39,007 bases of DNA from Calditrichaceae bacterium (GCA_050178385.1 JBFXGD010000016.1:1-39007), one strand, 5' to 3'; shown: positions 30,607-39,007, counted from the first letter of the stretch. Made by a program: numbers and translations. The notes: a model not told the origin generated them from the letters alone.

Positions 30607-31752
30607 TTATTGACTATTCCCACGGGCGGATACGGGAATTTCTGTGATTGGTTTATCATGACTTATAAGATAATATTTTTCATACAGATTGGCAACGGCG
30701 CAGGCATGGTTCGGTATGATGATCACCGGACTGCCGATCTTAACCGGTTGCGGACTGCGAAGCCTGATAACTCCATGTTCTTCGGATAACCTGACAATTT
30801 CACCGTCAATATTGATCAATGTTCCGTATCCCGAAACAAGTGAAGAAGAATGCGCGCCACGATCCAGATTAAGCGCCTTACTGCCGGCATCAATGACGAT
30901 TTGATTTTCTGATGGCTGAGAAATAACCGTTGACATCACAAACAGACTGCATTTCTCAGGCCCGCAGACCCCGAGAGCGACCTGGATACCGTCATAAAAA
31001 ACATAATTTCCGGGTCTAATTTCATTAACGGATGGATTCGCTGCCGACCAGCGTACCGTAGGTGTTGATCCGGTACTGACCGTCTTCAATTTAATACCAT
31101 TTTGGCTTAGCATCCTTGCCGCTTTTTCCATGATGGCGCCTTCATGAATACCGATTTCCATGATTTCTTCTGTCGATCCGGCTGCGTATGACTGCCCGGC
31201 ATGCGTAAAAATTCCTTCAGTCTCAAGCCAGTCTGTTTTTTGGACCTTTTCAGCCAGCGTGACAAGGGTCTCATCCACCGCCATCCCGCAGCGGTGCAAT
31301 CCGCTGTCAATTTCAATCCGGACTTCTAAGGGCTTATCGGTATTGTGAAAAGTTTTTTCCAGAACGGAAATCTGATCAGGATGATCCAATCCAATGATCA
31401 ATCGTATTTTTCGATGAAGTTCCTTTAACCTGCTCATTTTTATATGCTGAGTGATCTGATTGGCGATGAATATATCATTGATGCCTGCTTCCGCCATTAT
31501 TTCCGCTTCGGAAAGCTTCGCTACCGTGATTCCGGAAGCGCCCGCCGTAATTTGCCGCAATGCCAGGTCAACCGATTTATGTGTTTTTATATGCGGGCGT
31601 AATTTGCAAGAGTGAGTTTCCGCGAGTGTTTGCATATCACTAATATTTTTTACAAGTCTGTTTTCGAGAATCAGCAGCGCCGGGGTCGGAATTTTAGTAT
31701 GCAGCGGGAATATACGATCAGACGGAAAAATTTGCGCATTCAAAGTTGACAT
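30607..31752 (-). CDS. PLP fold-type III enzyme, D-threonine aldolase / DSD1-like
   Basis: RPHIKTHK (PLP Lys), HRCG, HAGQSY, GSTPT, EIRPGNYVFYD, SEEHG and PNHAC. Confidence 0.88.
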   Translation of the reverse strand: MSTLNAQIFPSDRIFPLHTKIPTPALLILENRLVKNISDMQTLAETHSCKLRPHIKTHKSVDLALRQITAGASGITVAKLSEAEIMAEAGINDIFIANQITQHIKMSRLKELHRKIRLIIGLDHPDQISVLEKTFHNTDKPLEVRIEIDSGLHRCGMAVDETLVTLAEKVQKTDWLETEGIFTHAGQSYAAGSTEEIMEIGIHEGAIMEKAARMLSQNGIKLKTVSTGSTPTVRWSAANPSVNEIRPGNYVFYDGIQVALGVCGPEKCSLFVMSTVISQPSENQIVIDAGSKALNLDRGAHSSSLVSGYGTLINIDGEIVRLSEEHGVIRLRSPQPVKIGSPVIIIPNHACAVANLYEKYYLISHDKPITEIPVSARGNSQ

Positions 31753-31821
31753 GATTGTCTGTTATCTCAATTTTATATTTGATTAAGACACCGTTAATCA
31801 CAGAGCCCTCACCTCGGCATG

Positions 31822-32286
31822 TCAGAGTTGTGAAAATTTCTTCTTGATCCTTGTCCAGAGCCCTTCGCCCAGAAAATAATTTGCAGTTGTGGCGATATTT
31901 TGAATGGATGCCAGAACATCCCCTTCACCGGCCCAGTGTTCATAGATAATATCCGGTTCATTATTATTAAGATAATCATTCAGAATATAGGCTGCCACAG
32001 CCAGATCATCCATATAGCCGATCGGTCCGAGAATCGCCTCGGGAAGGAGATCGATGGGCATGATAAAATAAGCCACCCCGGCCGCGAACTTCACTTTTTT
32101 GTCGTTCGGAACACGACTGTCCAGACTCAGTTTTACCAGTAAGTGGAAAAAATCAGGAGCCAGCATCAATAATTCCGCGTGCTTAAAGTTCTTTTTTTTC
32201 AGATAGTCGTGAATCTGCTTTCTCATTTTCTGATAAAAATCTTTTTGATCCCGATTCATCTCATCTTTAATGATTTCATCATTCAT
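31822..32286 (-). CDS. DUF1232 (YkvA-like) protein
   Basis: AYFIMPIDLLPEAILGPIGYMDD. Confidence 0.85.
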   Translation of the reverse strand: MNDEIIKDEMNRDQKDFYQKMRKQIHDYLKKKNFKHAELLMLAPDFFHLLVKLSLDSRVPNDKKVKFAAGVAYFIMPIDLLPEAILGPIGYMDDLAVAAYILNDYLNNNEPDIIYEHWAGEGDVLASIQNIATTANYFLGEGLWTRIKKKFSQL

Positions 32287-32288
32287 TT

Positions 32289-33125
32289 TCAGAATCCCCG
32301 TTCTTTTCTCAGCGCGTTATAAGCGTTGTTAATTTCAGCCATCTTTTCGTTGGCTATTTTGATAAAATCTTCCGGAATGCCTTTTGCCATTAACTTATCA
32401 GGGTGATATTCCACAACCAATTTTCTGTATGATTTTTTAATTTCATCGTCAGTCGCCTGAGGAGTCACACCAAGTATGCGATACGCTCCGTCGTTATTTT
32501 TGACATATATAGCCATTATCTGTTCGTATTCCATTTGCGAAATGCCCAACACCGATGAGACCTGCCCGATAAACTGCTCTTCCGCCGGGTGAAAATGTCC
32601 GTCGGCCATGGAAATTCTGAACAGCAACTGGATCATCATTTGCGCGACATCCGGCTGATAACCAATCAGGTTTTTAAACTGTCTGGCAAAACTTAAGCCG
32701 TCTTCCGGTGATTTTTTCGCCTCGTTAAAAAGCCGGGCAACAATCTTTCGTTCCTCATCTTTTAATCCCAAATCTACTCTGACAAAATGATCAAATGCTT
32801 TCACTTCGTCATCTGTAACAACACCATCCGCCTTTGCCATTTTTGCCGCCAGCGATGCCAGACTCACATAAAATACAAACTGACGATCATAGTCATTCCC
32901 ACCATTGGAAAATCCAATTTGTTTTCCGCAATAGGGGCAGCTCCAGTTACCCGGGTGATCGATAATTACTCTGTTGCCGCAGTGCGGGCACTGTATCTGC
33001 TGCTTGTTTCCGTTGCCTTTTTCGGCATCAAAAGAATGGCCAATCGCGCCTCCGATGATCGCCCCTAACGGCCCTCCAACCATAAATCCCATACCGACAC
33101 CTATTGCTTTGCCCCAAAATCCCAT
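32289..33125 (-). CDS. djlA: DjlA-like co-chaperone (TM anchor, zinc ribbon, TerB-like domain, C-terminal J domain)
   Basis: GGPLGAIIGGAIGHSFD, AKMAKADGVV, MADG, and J domain YRKLVVEYHPDKL. Confidence 0.85.
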   Translation of the reverse strand: MGFWGKAIGVGMGFMVGGPLGAIIGGAIGHSFDAEKGNGNKQQIQCPHCGNRVIIDHPGNWSCPYCGKQIGFSNGGNDYDRQFVFYVSLASLAAKMAKADGVVTDDEVKAFDHFVRVDLGLKDEERKIVARLFNEAKKSPEDGLSFARQFKNLIGYQPDVAQMMIQLLFRISMADGHFHPAEEQFIGQVSSVLGISQMEYEQIMAIYVKNNDGAYRILGVTPQATDDEIKKSYRKLVVEYHPDKLMAKGIPEDFIKIANEKMAEINNAYNALRKERGF

Positions 33126-33392
33126 TCAGATCTCCATTATTATAAATAAAATTTCTTCCTTGTCTCAGCGTGTAAAATACAGATCAAAAAGGCAGCAAAT
33201 ATATAAAAAATTGGCTGTTCTTAATGATCATTTGCGAACCCACTGAGATTCTGTTTAATCTTAATTTAAAAAATACATACTATAAATAAAACCCGAAATA
33301 CATAGTAATTCTCATACCGGCCATTTAATCGTGAAAAAACAATCAATTTTCATTAAATTAAAAACATTATTTTATCATTAAGAGAATTAATT

Positions 33393-34379
33393 ATGCAATT
33401 TCGTACCGAGATTAATCCGGACAAAAGTCCGGTTTCGATGGAACACGATCACAGAATTTTATCAATGGGATCCTGTTTTGCCAGCAATATCGCGCAATAT
33501 CTGAAACGGTACCGGTTTAGGATTTTCGACAATCCGTTCGGCGTACTTTATAATCCGGTGTCCATCCATTCCGCGGTAAAACTTTTAAACGAAAACAAAC
33601 AGTTTAAGCAATCCGATCTGATATTTCATGATGATGAATGGCATAGTTTTTTTCATCACAGTGATTTTTCCCATCACGTCGCCGAGACCTGTATTGAAAA
33701 GCTAAACAGGGAATTAAGTTCCGCGGCGGAATTTCTAAAAACAACAGACTGGCTTATTTTAACTTACGGCACATCCTATGTTTACCGGCATAAACAAACC
33801 GGAATAATTGTTTCAAATTGCCATAAAATTCCATCGTCGGAATTCGATCATTTCCGTTTATCCGCGGATCAGGTTTATGACTATCTTCAACAGACTCTTC
33901 GGATGCTCAATCGAATTAATCCCGGGATCAAGGTAATCATTACCGTCAGTCCCGTACGTCACCTTAAGGACGGTCCGGTTGAGAATCAGCTTAGTAAATC
34001 TACTCTGCTTCTTGCCGAGGATAAAATCGTAAACGCGAACGCAAATTGTTTCTATTTCCCATCTTATGAAATCATGATGGATGATCTCAGGGATTACCGG
34101 TTTTATGATTCTGATCTGATCCATCCGAATAGCGCCGCCACAGACTATATCTGGGATAAATTTTGTGAAGTATGGCTGAGCCCCAAGACCAAAACTGCAG
34201 TGACAAAACTTGAAAAATTAGCATCGGCGCGCGCGCACCGGGTAAGAAACCCGGAATCCCCGGTACATCAAAAATTTTTAGATAAACAGATCCAATTTAT
34301 CGGTGCATTAAAAAATGAATATACGTACCTTGACCTGGATGAGGATCTTCAATATTTCAGAAATCAAAAAAATACCTGA
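33393..34379 (+). CDS. GSCFA domain-containing protein
   Basis: Motifs MGSCFA, NPFGVLYNP, SNCHK, TVSPVRH, YFPSYE and DDLRDYRFY. Confidence 0.92.
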   Translation: MQFRTEINPDKSPVSMEHDHRILSMGSCFASNIAQYLKRYRFRIFDNPFGVLYNPVSIHSAVKLLNENKQFKQSDLIFHDDEWHSFFHHSDFSHHVAETCIEKLNRELSSAAEFLKTTDWLILTYGTSYVYRHKQTGIIVSNCHKIPSSEFDHFRLSADQVYDYLQQTLRMLNRINPGIKVIITVSPVRHLKDGPVENQLSKSTLLLAEDKIVNANANCFYFPSYEIMMDDLRDYRFYDSDLIHPNSAATDYIWDKFCEVWLSPKTKTAVTKLEKLASARAHRVRNPESPVHQKFLDKQIQFIGALKNEYTYLDLDEDLQYFRNQKNT

Positions 34380-34477
34380 TACGGCTTATATGAACTTTTA
34401 ATTTTAAAATGCATTTTATTTATTAAATCAATTTCCGAACGACTGGTTAAAGAATAAATTTTACGGGGAAAGAATCC

Positions 34478-36196
34478 ATGCTCAGATTGTTATTGTCTGC
34501 TTTAATATTTTTAATCTTATCGATTCATACAGATTTATATGCTCAGCAAACAGAAATTGAACGGTATATCGAAAAAACTGATAAACAAATAATTCCTGTC
34601 TGGATATATTTTAAAGATAAGGGTGCTCATTCTGATATAAGCTTAAAAAAACAAACCGAATATTTAACCGAACGCGCAGTCACCAGACGGCTTAAGGTCA
34701 GGAGTTCCGGTCAGCTGTATGATTATGACGATATTCCCGTTTATCAAACGTATATCGATAAAATTCAGCATCTTGCGTTAAAAATAAGGATTCGCTCGAA
34801 ATGGCTGAACGCGGTAAGCATCGATATCAACAGGGATGATCTCGATCAATTAAACCAGTATGAATTTATTGACCGGGTCACACCCGTAATGGGTTATCAG
34901 AGAAATGAACCTGAATCCGGTGAAATATATGAGGGGGATCGCTACCGTTTACAAAAAGAAACAGGGGCGATTGACTACGGCAGCTCAATCACACAGCTTG
35001 CACAAATTCAGGTTCCTGTATTACACGCAGATGGATTGGACGGCGAAGGTGTTCTGATCTGTATGCTTGATGACGGTTTCGCGAAATACGATCAACACAT
35101 TGCATTTGATTCTTTAAAAGTCATCGGCACATGGGATTTCATTAACAATGACGCGACGGTCGATGACAACGACGGATCGGGTACACATGGTACCAAGACC
35201 CTTTCCACCATTGCGGGTTACGCGCCCGGGGAACTTATCGGACCTGCATACAAGGCGACTTATTTGCTGGGTAAAACAGAATACACACCTACCGAGACTC
35301 CCATTGAAGAAGATTACTGGGTGTCCGGTTTGGAATGGGCCGAGAGTCAGGGCGCCGATATTGTGAGCAGCTCTCTGGGGTATATTGACTGGTACACTCC
35401 CGATGATATGGACGGGGCAACGGCTGTAACGACCATCGCCGCCGACAAAGCGGTTAATCGCGGCCTGATTGTGGTAAATTCGGCAGGCAATGAAGGATTC
35501 AATTCTTCGCAAAACACATTAATCGCACCCGCTGACGGAAAGAATGTCATCGCTGTGGGGGGCGTGCTTGCTGACGGGACCCGCTGGGGAGGCTCTTCGG
35601 TCGGTCCTACTGCCGACGGAAGAATCAAACCCGATGTGGCCGCCATGTCATCCGGTGTAAAAGTGGCATCGGATTTCACAACCACTTCATTTACAACCGC
35701 ACCCGGGACATCATTTTCATGCCCGCTGGTCGCCGGCTCAATCGCGCTTCTTCTTCAGGCTTTTCCGGATCTGACACCCGCTCAGGTGGTCAACTCATTA
35801 AAATCAACCGCCAGCCAGTCTCATAATCCCGACAAATTACTGGGATGGGGAATTGTGAACATCATGGAGGCTTATAATTACGCTTCGTGGAATTACGCGG
35901 GTGGTGTAGAAGAAACCCCGTCGTTTTTACTTGCTCAAAACTACCCGAATCCGTTCAATTATTTTACGGTCATCCGGTTTTCAGTTGTGAGAGAAAGTCG
36001 CGTTACTATTGATTTGTATGATATTTTAGGAAGAAAAGTCAGAAATATATATGACGAGGTTGTAAGTAATCGGGGGAGTAAGACCATCTATGGGAATGAT
36101 CTTGCCTCGGGGATATATTTTTACAGGATGGTCGCGAAAGATTTGGTGTCCGGGAAGGAGAGCGGTCTGACGCGAAAGATGATTTATGTAAAATAA
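34478..36196 (+). CDS. Secreted S8 (subtilisin-like) serine peptidase with a C-terminal sorting domain
   Basis: Signal peptide; triad LDDGF / HGTKT / GTSFSCP; SAGNEG; C-terminal QNYPNPFN…SGIYFY. Confidence 0.92.
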   Translation: MLRLLLSALIFLILSIHTDLYAQQTEIERYIEKTDKQIIPVWIYFKDKGAHSDISLKKQTEYLTERAVTRRLKVRSSGQLYDYDDIPVYQTYIDKIQHLALKIRIRSKWLNAVSIDINRDDLDQLNQYEFIDRVTPVMGYQRNEPESGEIYEGDRYRLQKETGAIDYGSSITQLAQIQVPVLHADGLDGEGVLICMLDDGFAKYDQHIAFDSLKVIGTWDFINNDATVDDNDGSGTHGTKTLSTIAGYAPGELIGPAYKATYLLGKTEYTPTETPIEEDYWVSGLEWAESQGADIVSSSLGYIDWYTPDDMDGATAVTTIAADKAVNRGLIVVNSAGNEGFNSSQNTLIAPADGKNVIAVGGVLADGTRWGGSSVGPTADGRIKPDVAAMSSGVKVASDFTTTSFTTAPGTSFSCPLVAGSIALLLQAFPDLTPAQVVNSLKSTASQSHNPDKLLGWGIVNIMEAYNYASWNYAGGVEETPSFLLAQNYPNPFNYFTVIRFSVVRESRVTIDLYDILGRKVRNIYDEVVSNRGSKTIYGNDLASGIYFYRMVAKDLVSGKESGLTRKMIYVK

Positions 36197-36336
36197 AGAT
36201 GATGGCTTGTAAATTAAACAATCATATAGATTATTGGCAAATAAGAGTCAGATCATCCTAATTTGATCCAAATTTGTTCACGGGGAATAGGCTGATTTTT
36301 AAATTCCCCTCATTCTTTTTTCTTTTATCTTTTTTC

Positions 36337-36990
36337 TTAATTCTTAACAATGTTTTGGTCAATTTTTTTGTTTTTGCAGAAAGGCAGGTAATAATCGGAA
36401 AGTGTATTGAGTGTTTTTTGCAGATGATCGTCATTGACTTCTGATGGGCAGAAAAAAACGGCAAGAATATGTGTTGATTCATTTGTGATGGATGTTCTCA
36501 GGGAGTCGGCGGTTGGATTGCCAAAAATACCCGTCTCATCTCTTAGAATCATTTTTCCTTCCGCGTGAATCAACGGCTTACTGATCCCCTGATAGCTTTC
36601 ACCCGCCTTGCCGACATCCACGATAATATCACCGGTAATTTTATCAACATCATACAATCCGAGCGGCAGATGATATTTCGCCGACACAAGATTACCGTAA
36701 TCCACAATATTATTGATGCGGTATAATCCCTTGCCCTGAAGGATACGCCGTATGAGCGCTTCTGATGACGGCCTGTATTTTGTCGGTTCCCATCCAATGC
36801 GGCGATACATTCTTCGTACATGACTGACGATTTCATTTTCGGAAGGGCGTGTGTCTGCAAATTTGCGACGAGTTTCTTCCTCGAATTCTTCAAATATCTT
36901 ATCAAATTTATCATCATTATCACTAACTTTTACATTTTCAGCATCAATAAGCCCAAATTTCAGCTCTTCAATTTTGCTTATAATTTGCAT
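36337..36990 (-). CDS. Stand-alone B3/4 domain protein (PheRS beta editing-domain-like)
   Basis: Motifs PTKYRPSSEALIRR, INNIVDYGNLVS, PLGLYDVDKI and GNPTADS. Confidence 0.88.
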   Translation of the reverse strand: MQIISKIEELKFGLIDAENVKVSDNDDKFDKIFEEFEEETRRKFADTRPSENEIVSHVRRMYRRIGWEPTKYRPSSEALIRRILQGKGLYRINNIVDYGNLVSAKYHLPLGLYDVDKITGDIIVDVGKAGESYQGISKPLIHAEGKMILRDETGIFGNPTADSLRTSITNESTHILAVFFCPSEVNDDHLQKTLNTLSDYYLPFCKNKKIDQNIVKN

Positions 36991-37030
36991 ATCTCATCCC
37001 CCGGCTGATTCCTAAAAAACTAATGAGAGA

Positions 37031-37439
37031 GCCCACTAATTTCCACGAATTATAAATTACTTTTATTCTCTTTTTAGTGGTAATTCGTGTAATCCGTGGA
37101 CAATTCTCTTCTCTTCCGGTTTTTTAAGATCGTCCACTAATTTCACTGATTTTCACGGATTTAAAATAATTTTTATTTATCTTTTTCTGTGTTATTCGTG
37201 TAATCCGTGGACGACTCTTCTTCTCTTCCGGCTTTTTAAGAAGGTCCACTAATTTCACTAATTTCCACGAATTTATAATTACTTTTTTTCTCTTTTAGTG
37301 TTAATTCGTGTAATCCGTGGACAATTCTTCTTCTCTTCCGGCTTTTTAAGAAGGTCCACTAATTTCACTAATTTCCACGGATTTAAGAACAAAGAATATT
37401 TTAATCTTTACTTAGTGTTTATCCGTGTAATTCGTGGAC
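37031..37439. repeat. Array A: four tandem ~110-bp hairpin units downstream of the GxxExxY gene
   Basis: CCAC…GTGG units at 37033-37099, 37134-37210, 37246-37320 and 37356-37437. Arms are CCACTAATTTCACT[A/G]ATTT[C/T]CACG[A/G]ATT and GTGT[T]AATTCGTGTAATCCGTGG, with AT-rich loops and a linker ACAATTCTTCTTCTCTTCCGGCTTTTTAAGAAGGT. Confidence 0.95.
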
Positions 37440-37452
37440 TACTCCTCTTCCA

Positions 37453-37824
37453 TCATGAAACAAGTCGTTTAACTTTTAGAGATGATTCTCCGAAATTTAT
37501 TATTAAGCCTAACTTATAGCCGGTTACTTTTAAATAATTCAAAACCTGTGCTTCATGTTCTGAACCTATTTTTGATAGTGCTTTTATCTCTAAAACGATT
37601 TTATCATAACAAATAAAATCTGCGAAATATGTTTTATCAAGAATTCGATCTTTGTATGATATTCTCAATTCCTTTTCTTCTTGGAATGGTATGTTTTGAC
37701 TAAATAATTCTATGGCGAGCGCTTCCTGATAAACAGCTTCAAGAAACCCCGCACCCAATTCCCGATGGACTTCCTGAGCAGCACCTATGATTTTAAAACT
37801 TTCCTCTGAATAAATTAATGCCAT
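37453..37824 (-). CDS. GxxExxY protein (PD-(D/E)xK nuclease-like family)
   Basis: [18 protein letters not shown] (G-F-L-E-A-V-Y), ADFIC…[13 protein letters not shown] and GLIINFG. Start likely ATG 37824; the 37851 start lies inside a repeat. Confidence 0.93.
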   Translation of the reverse strand: MALIYSEESFKIIGAAQEVHRELGAGFLEAVYQEALAIELFSQNIPFQEEKELRISYKDRILDKTYFADFICYDKIVLEIKALSKIGSEHEAQVLNYLKVTGYKLGLIINFGESSLKVKRLVS

Positions 37825-37836
37825 TTTCTTAAATTG

Positions 37837-38318
37837 GTCCACTAATTTCACTGATTTTCACGGATTTAATAACAATGAATTAAATTTTATCTTTATCTGT
37901 GTAATTCGGGGACATTTCTTCTCTTCTTGTCAGCTTATTAAGATAGTCCACTAATTTCACTGATTTCCACGGATTTAAATACAATTTTATAAATTTTTAT
38001 CTGTGTAATTCGTGTAATCCGTGGATGACTCTTCTTCTCTTCCGGCTTTTTGAGAAGGTCCACTAATTTCACTGATTTTCACGGATTTAAATACAATTTT
38101 ATAAATTTTTATCTGTGTAATTCGTGTAATCCGTGGACAATTCTTCTTCTCTTCCGGCTTTTTAAGATGGCCCACTAATTTCCACTAATTTCCACGGATT
38201 TAAGAACAAAGAATATTTTAATCTTTACTTAGTGTTAATTCGTGTAATTCGTGGGCTCTTCTTTTTCTGTGCAATTCGTGTAATTCGTGGGTTCTTATTT
38301 TCTGTGTAATTCGTGGAC
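37837..38318. repeat. Array B: four hairpin units plus two orphan half-arms upstream of the GxxExxY gene
   Basis: Units at 37839-37911 (degenerate), 37948-38024, 38060-38136 and 38172-38254; half-arms at 38267-38290 and 38302-38316. Confidence 0.95.
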
Positions 38319-39007
38319 TATTTTTCTTCTTTTTTGACCAGGATATCCTGATTCAAACTCTGACCATCCAGGTTCGGGGCATACTCCGGTATGATCGACA
38401 TTAGTTTATCATAAATGCCTTTTTTATTGTATGTCTGGGAATATCCTTTTAAAACTTCAATGTGTTTACTCATGATATCCCAGTGATTAAAATGATTACC
38501 CAGCGCCATCATTATTTTTGGATGATCCGTTTTCATGGGGACTTCCCCGGTGTTCCAGAGCTCTTCTTCCAGTTTTTCACCCGGTCTTGTCCCGATGATT
38601 TCAATCGCGATGTCCTTGTCAGGCTCATAACCCGAAAGACTGATCAATCTCCTTGCGATGTTTAACAGTTTTACCGGTTCACCCATATCCAGAACAAAGA
38701 TCTCATTTCCCTGTCCCATTCGCGCCGACTCCAGAATGAGTTTCACCGCTTCCGGAATGGTCATGAAAAACCGTTTCATATCCGGATGGGTTATGGTTAC
38801 CGGACCGCCGTTTGAAATTTGTTTTTGAAACAATGGAATCACACTTCCGTAGCTTCCGAGCACATTCCCGAATCGGACGGTGATCAGTTTCATATCGGTT
38901 TTTGATGAGTACGATTGCAGTATCAGTTCAGCCGTTCTCTTTGTCGCGCCCATGATGGAACTTGGATTCACCGCCTTATCGGTTGAAATGAGCACAAATT
39001 TTTCCAC
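38318..39007 (-). CDS. Polysaccharide biosynthesis nucleotide-sugar dehydratase (CapD/PglF-like), C-terminal part; 5' end outside the window
   Basis: Motifs ISTDKAVNP, MGATKR, VRFGNVLGS, RFFMTIPEA, VLDMGEPV and RPGEKLEEEL. Confidence 0.93.
   Translation of the reverse strand: MEKFVLISTDKAVNPSSIMGATKRTAELILQSYSSKTDMKLITVRFGNVLGSYGSVIPLFQKQISNGGPVTITHPDMKRFFMTIPEAVKLILESARMGQGNEIFVLDMGEPVKLLNIARRLISLSGYEPDKDIAIEIIGTRPGEKLEEELWNTGEVPMKTDHPKIMMALGNHFNHWDIMSKHIEVLKGYSQTYNKKGIYDKLMSIIPEYAPNLDGQSLNQDILVKKEEK

Noticed and set aside
91..36923. Numerous 60-140 aa ORFs overlapping annotated genes on the opposite strand or in other frames
   Set aside because: Shadow ORFs of well-supported genes, with no motifs or translation signals.
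37298..38175. ORFs 37298..37519 (+) and 37987..38175 (-), and the 37851 start extension of GxxExxY
   Set aside because: They are translations of the 9-nt sub-repeats (IRVIRG, RITRIT, TDYTNYTD) with no independent coding evidence.
37031..38318. CRISPR array interpretation of the repeats
   Set aside because: The conserved part is about 85 bp per unit. The variable loops are short, AT-rich and recur (units 4=8, 6=7, 1~3). Repeats are degenerate, and no cas genes are in the window.

Overview
Bacterial chromosomal window, probably from an FCB-group lineage such as Calditrichota or Ignavibacteriota (inferred from the gene set and a 'QNYPNPFN' C-terminal sorting domain). It holds: (i) an acyl-CoA dehydrogenase and a DUF2490-like barrel; (ii) an 8-gene minus-strand uptake/acyl-CoA operon (GbsR/MarR regulator, SDR, a FabH-like enzyme with an altered Cys-Thr-Tyr triad, Na+/solute symporter, CoA ligase, a lipoprotein interrupted by one in-frame TGA, a predicted outer-membrane barrel, and a lipoprotein alpha/beta hydrolase); (iii) housekeeping genes metG-tatD-rsmA-mgtE; (iv) an addA/addB helicase-nuclease pair behind a histidine kinase, a D-threonine-aldolase-like enzyme, DUF1232 and a zinc-ribbon DjlA; (v) GSCFA, S8 peptidase and B3/4 genes. 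The most striking element is at 37031-38318. An AT-rich GxxExxY (PD-(D/E)xK-like) gene is flanked on each side by four ~110-bp units, each an imperfect hairpin built of 9-10 nt sub-repeats plus a conserved linker. The element starts exactly at the stop codon of a CapD/PglF-like polysaccharide gene. It is not CRISPR; it looks like an uncharacterised nuclease-plus-hairpin-array (REPIN- or cassette-like) element.
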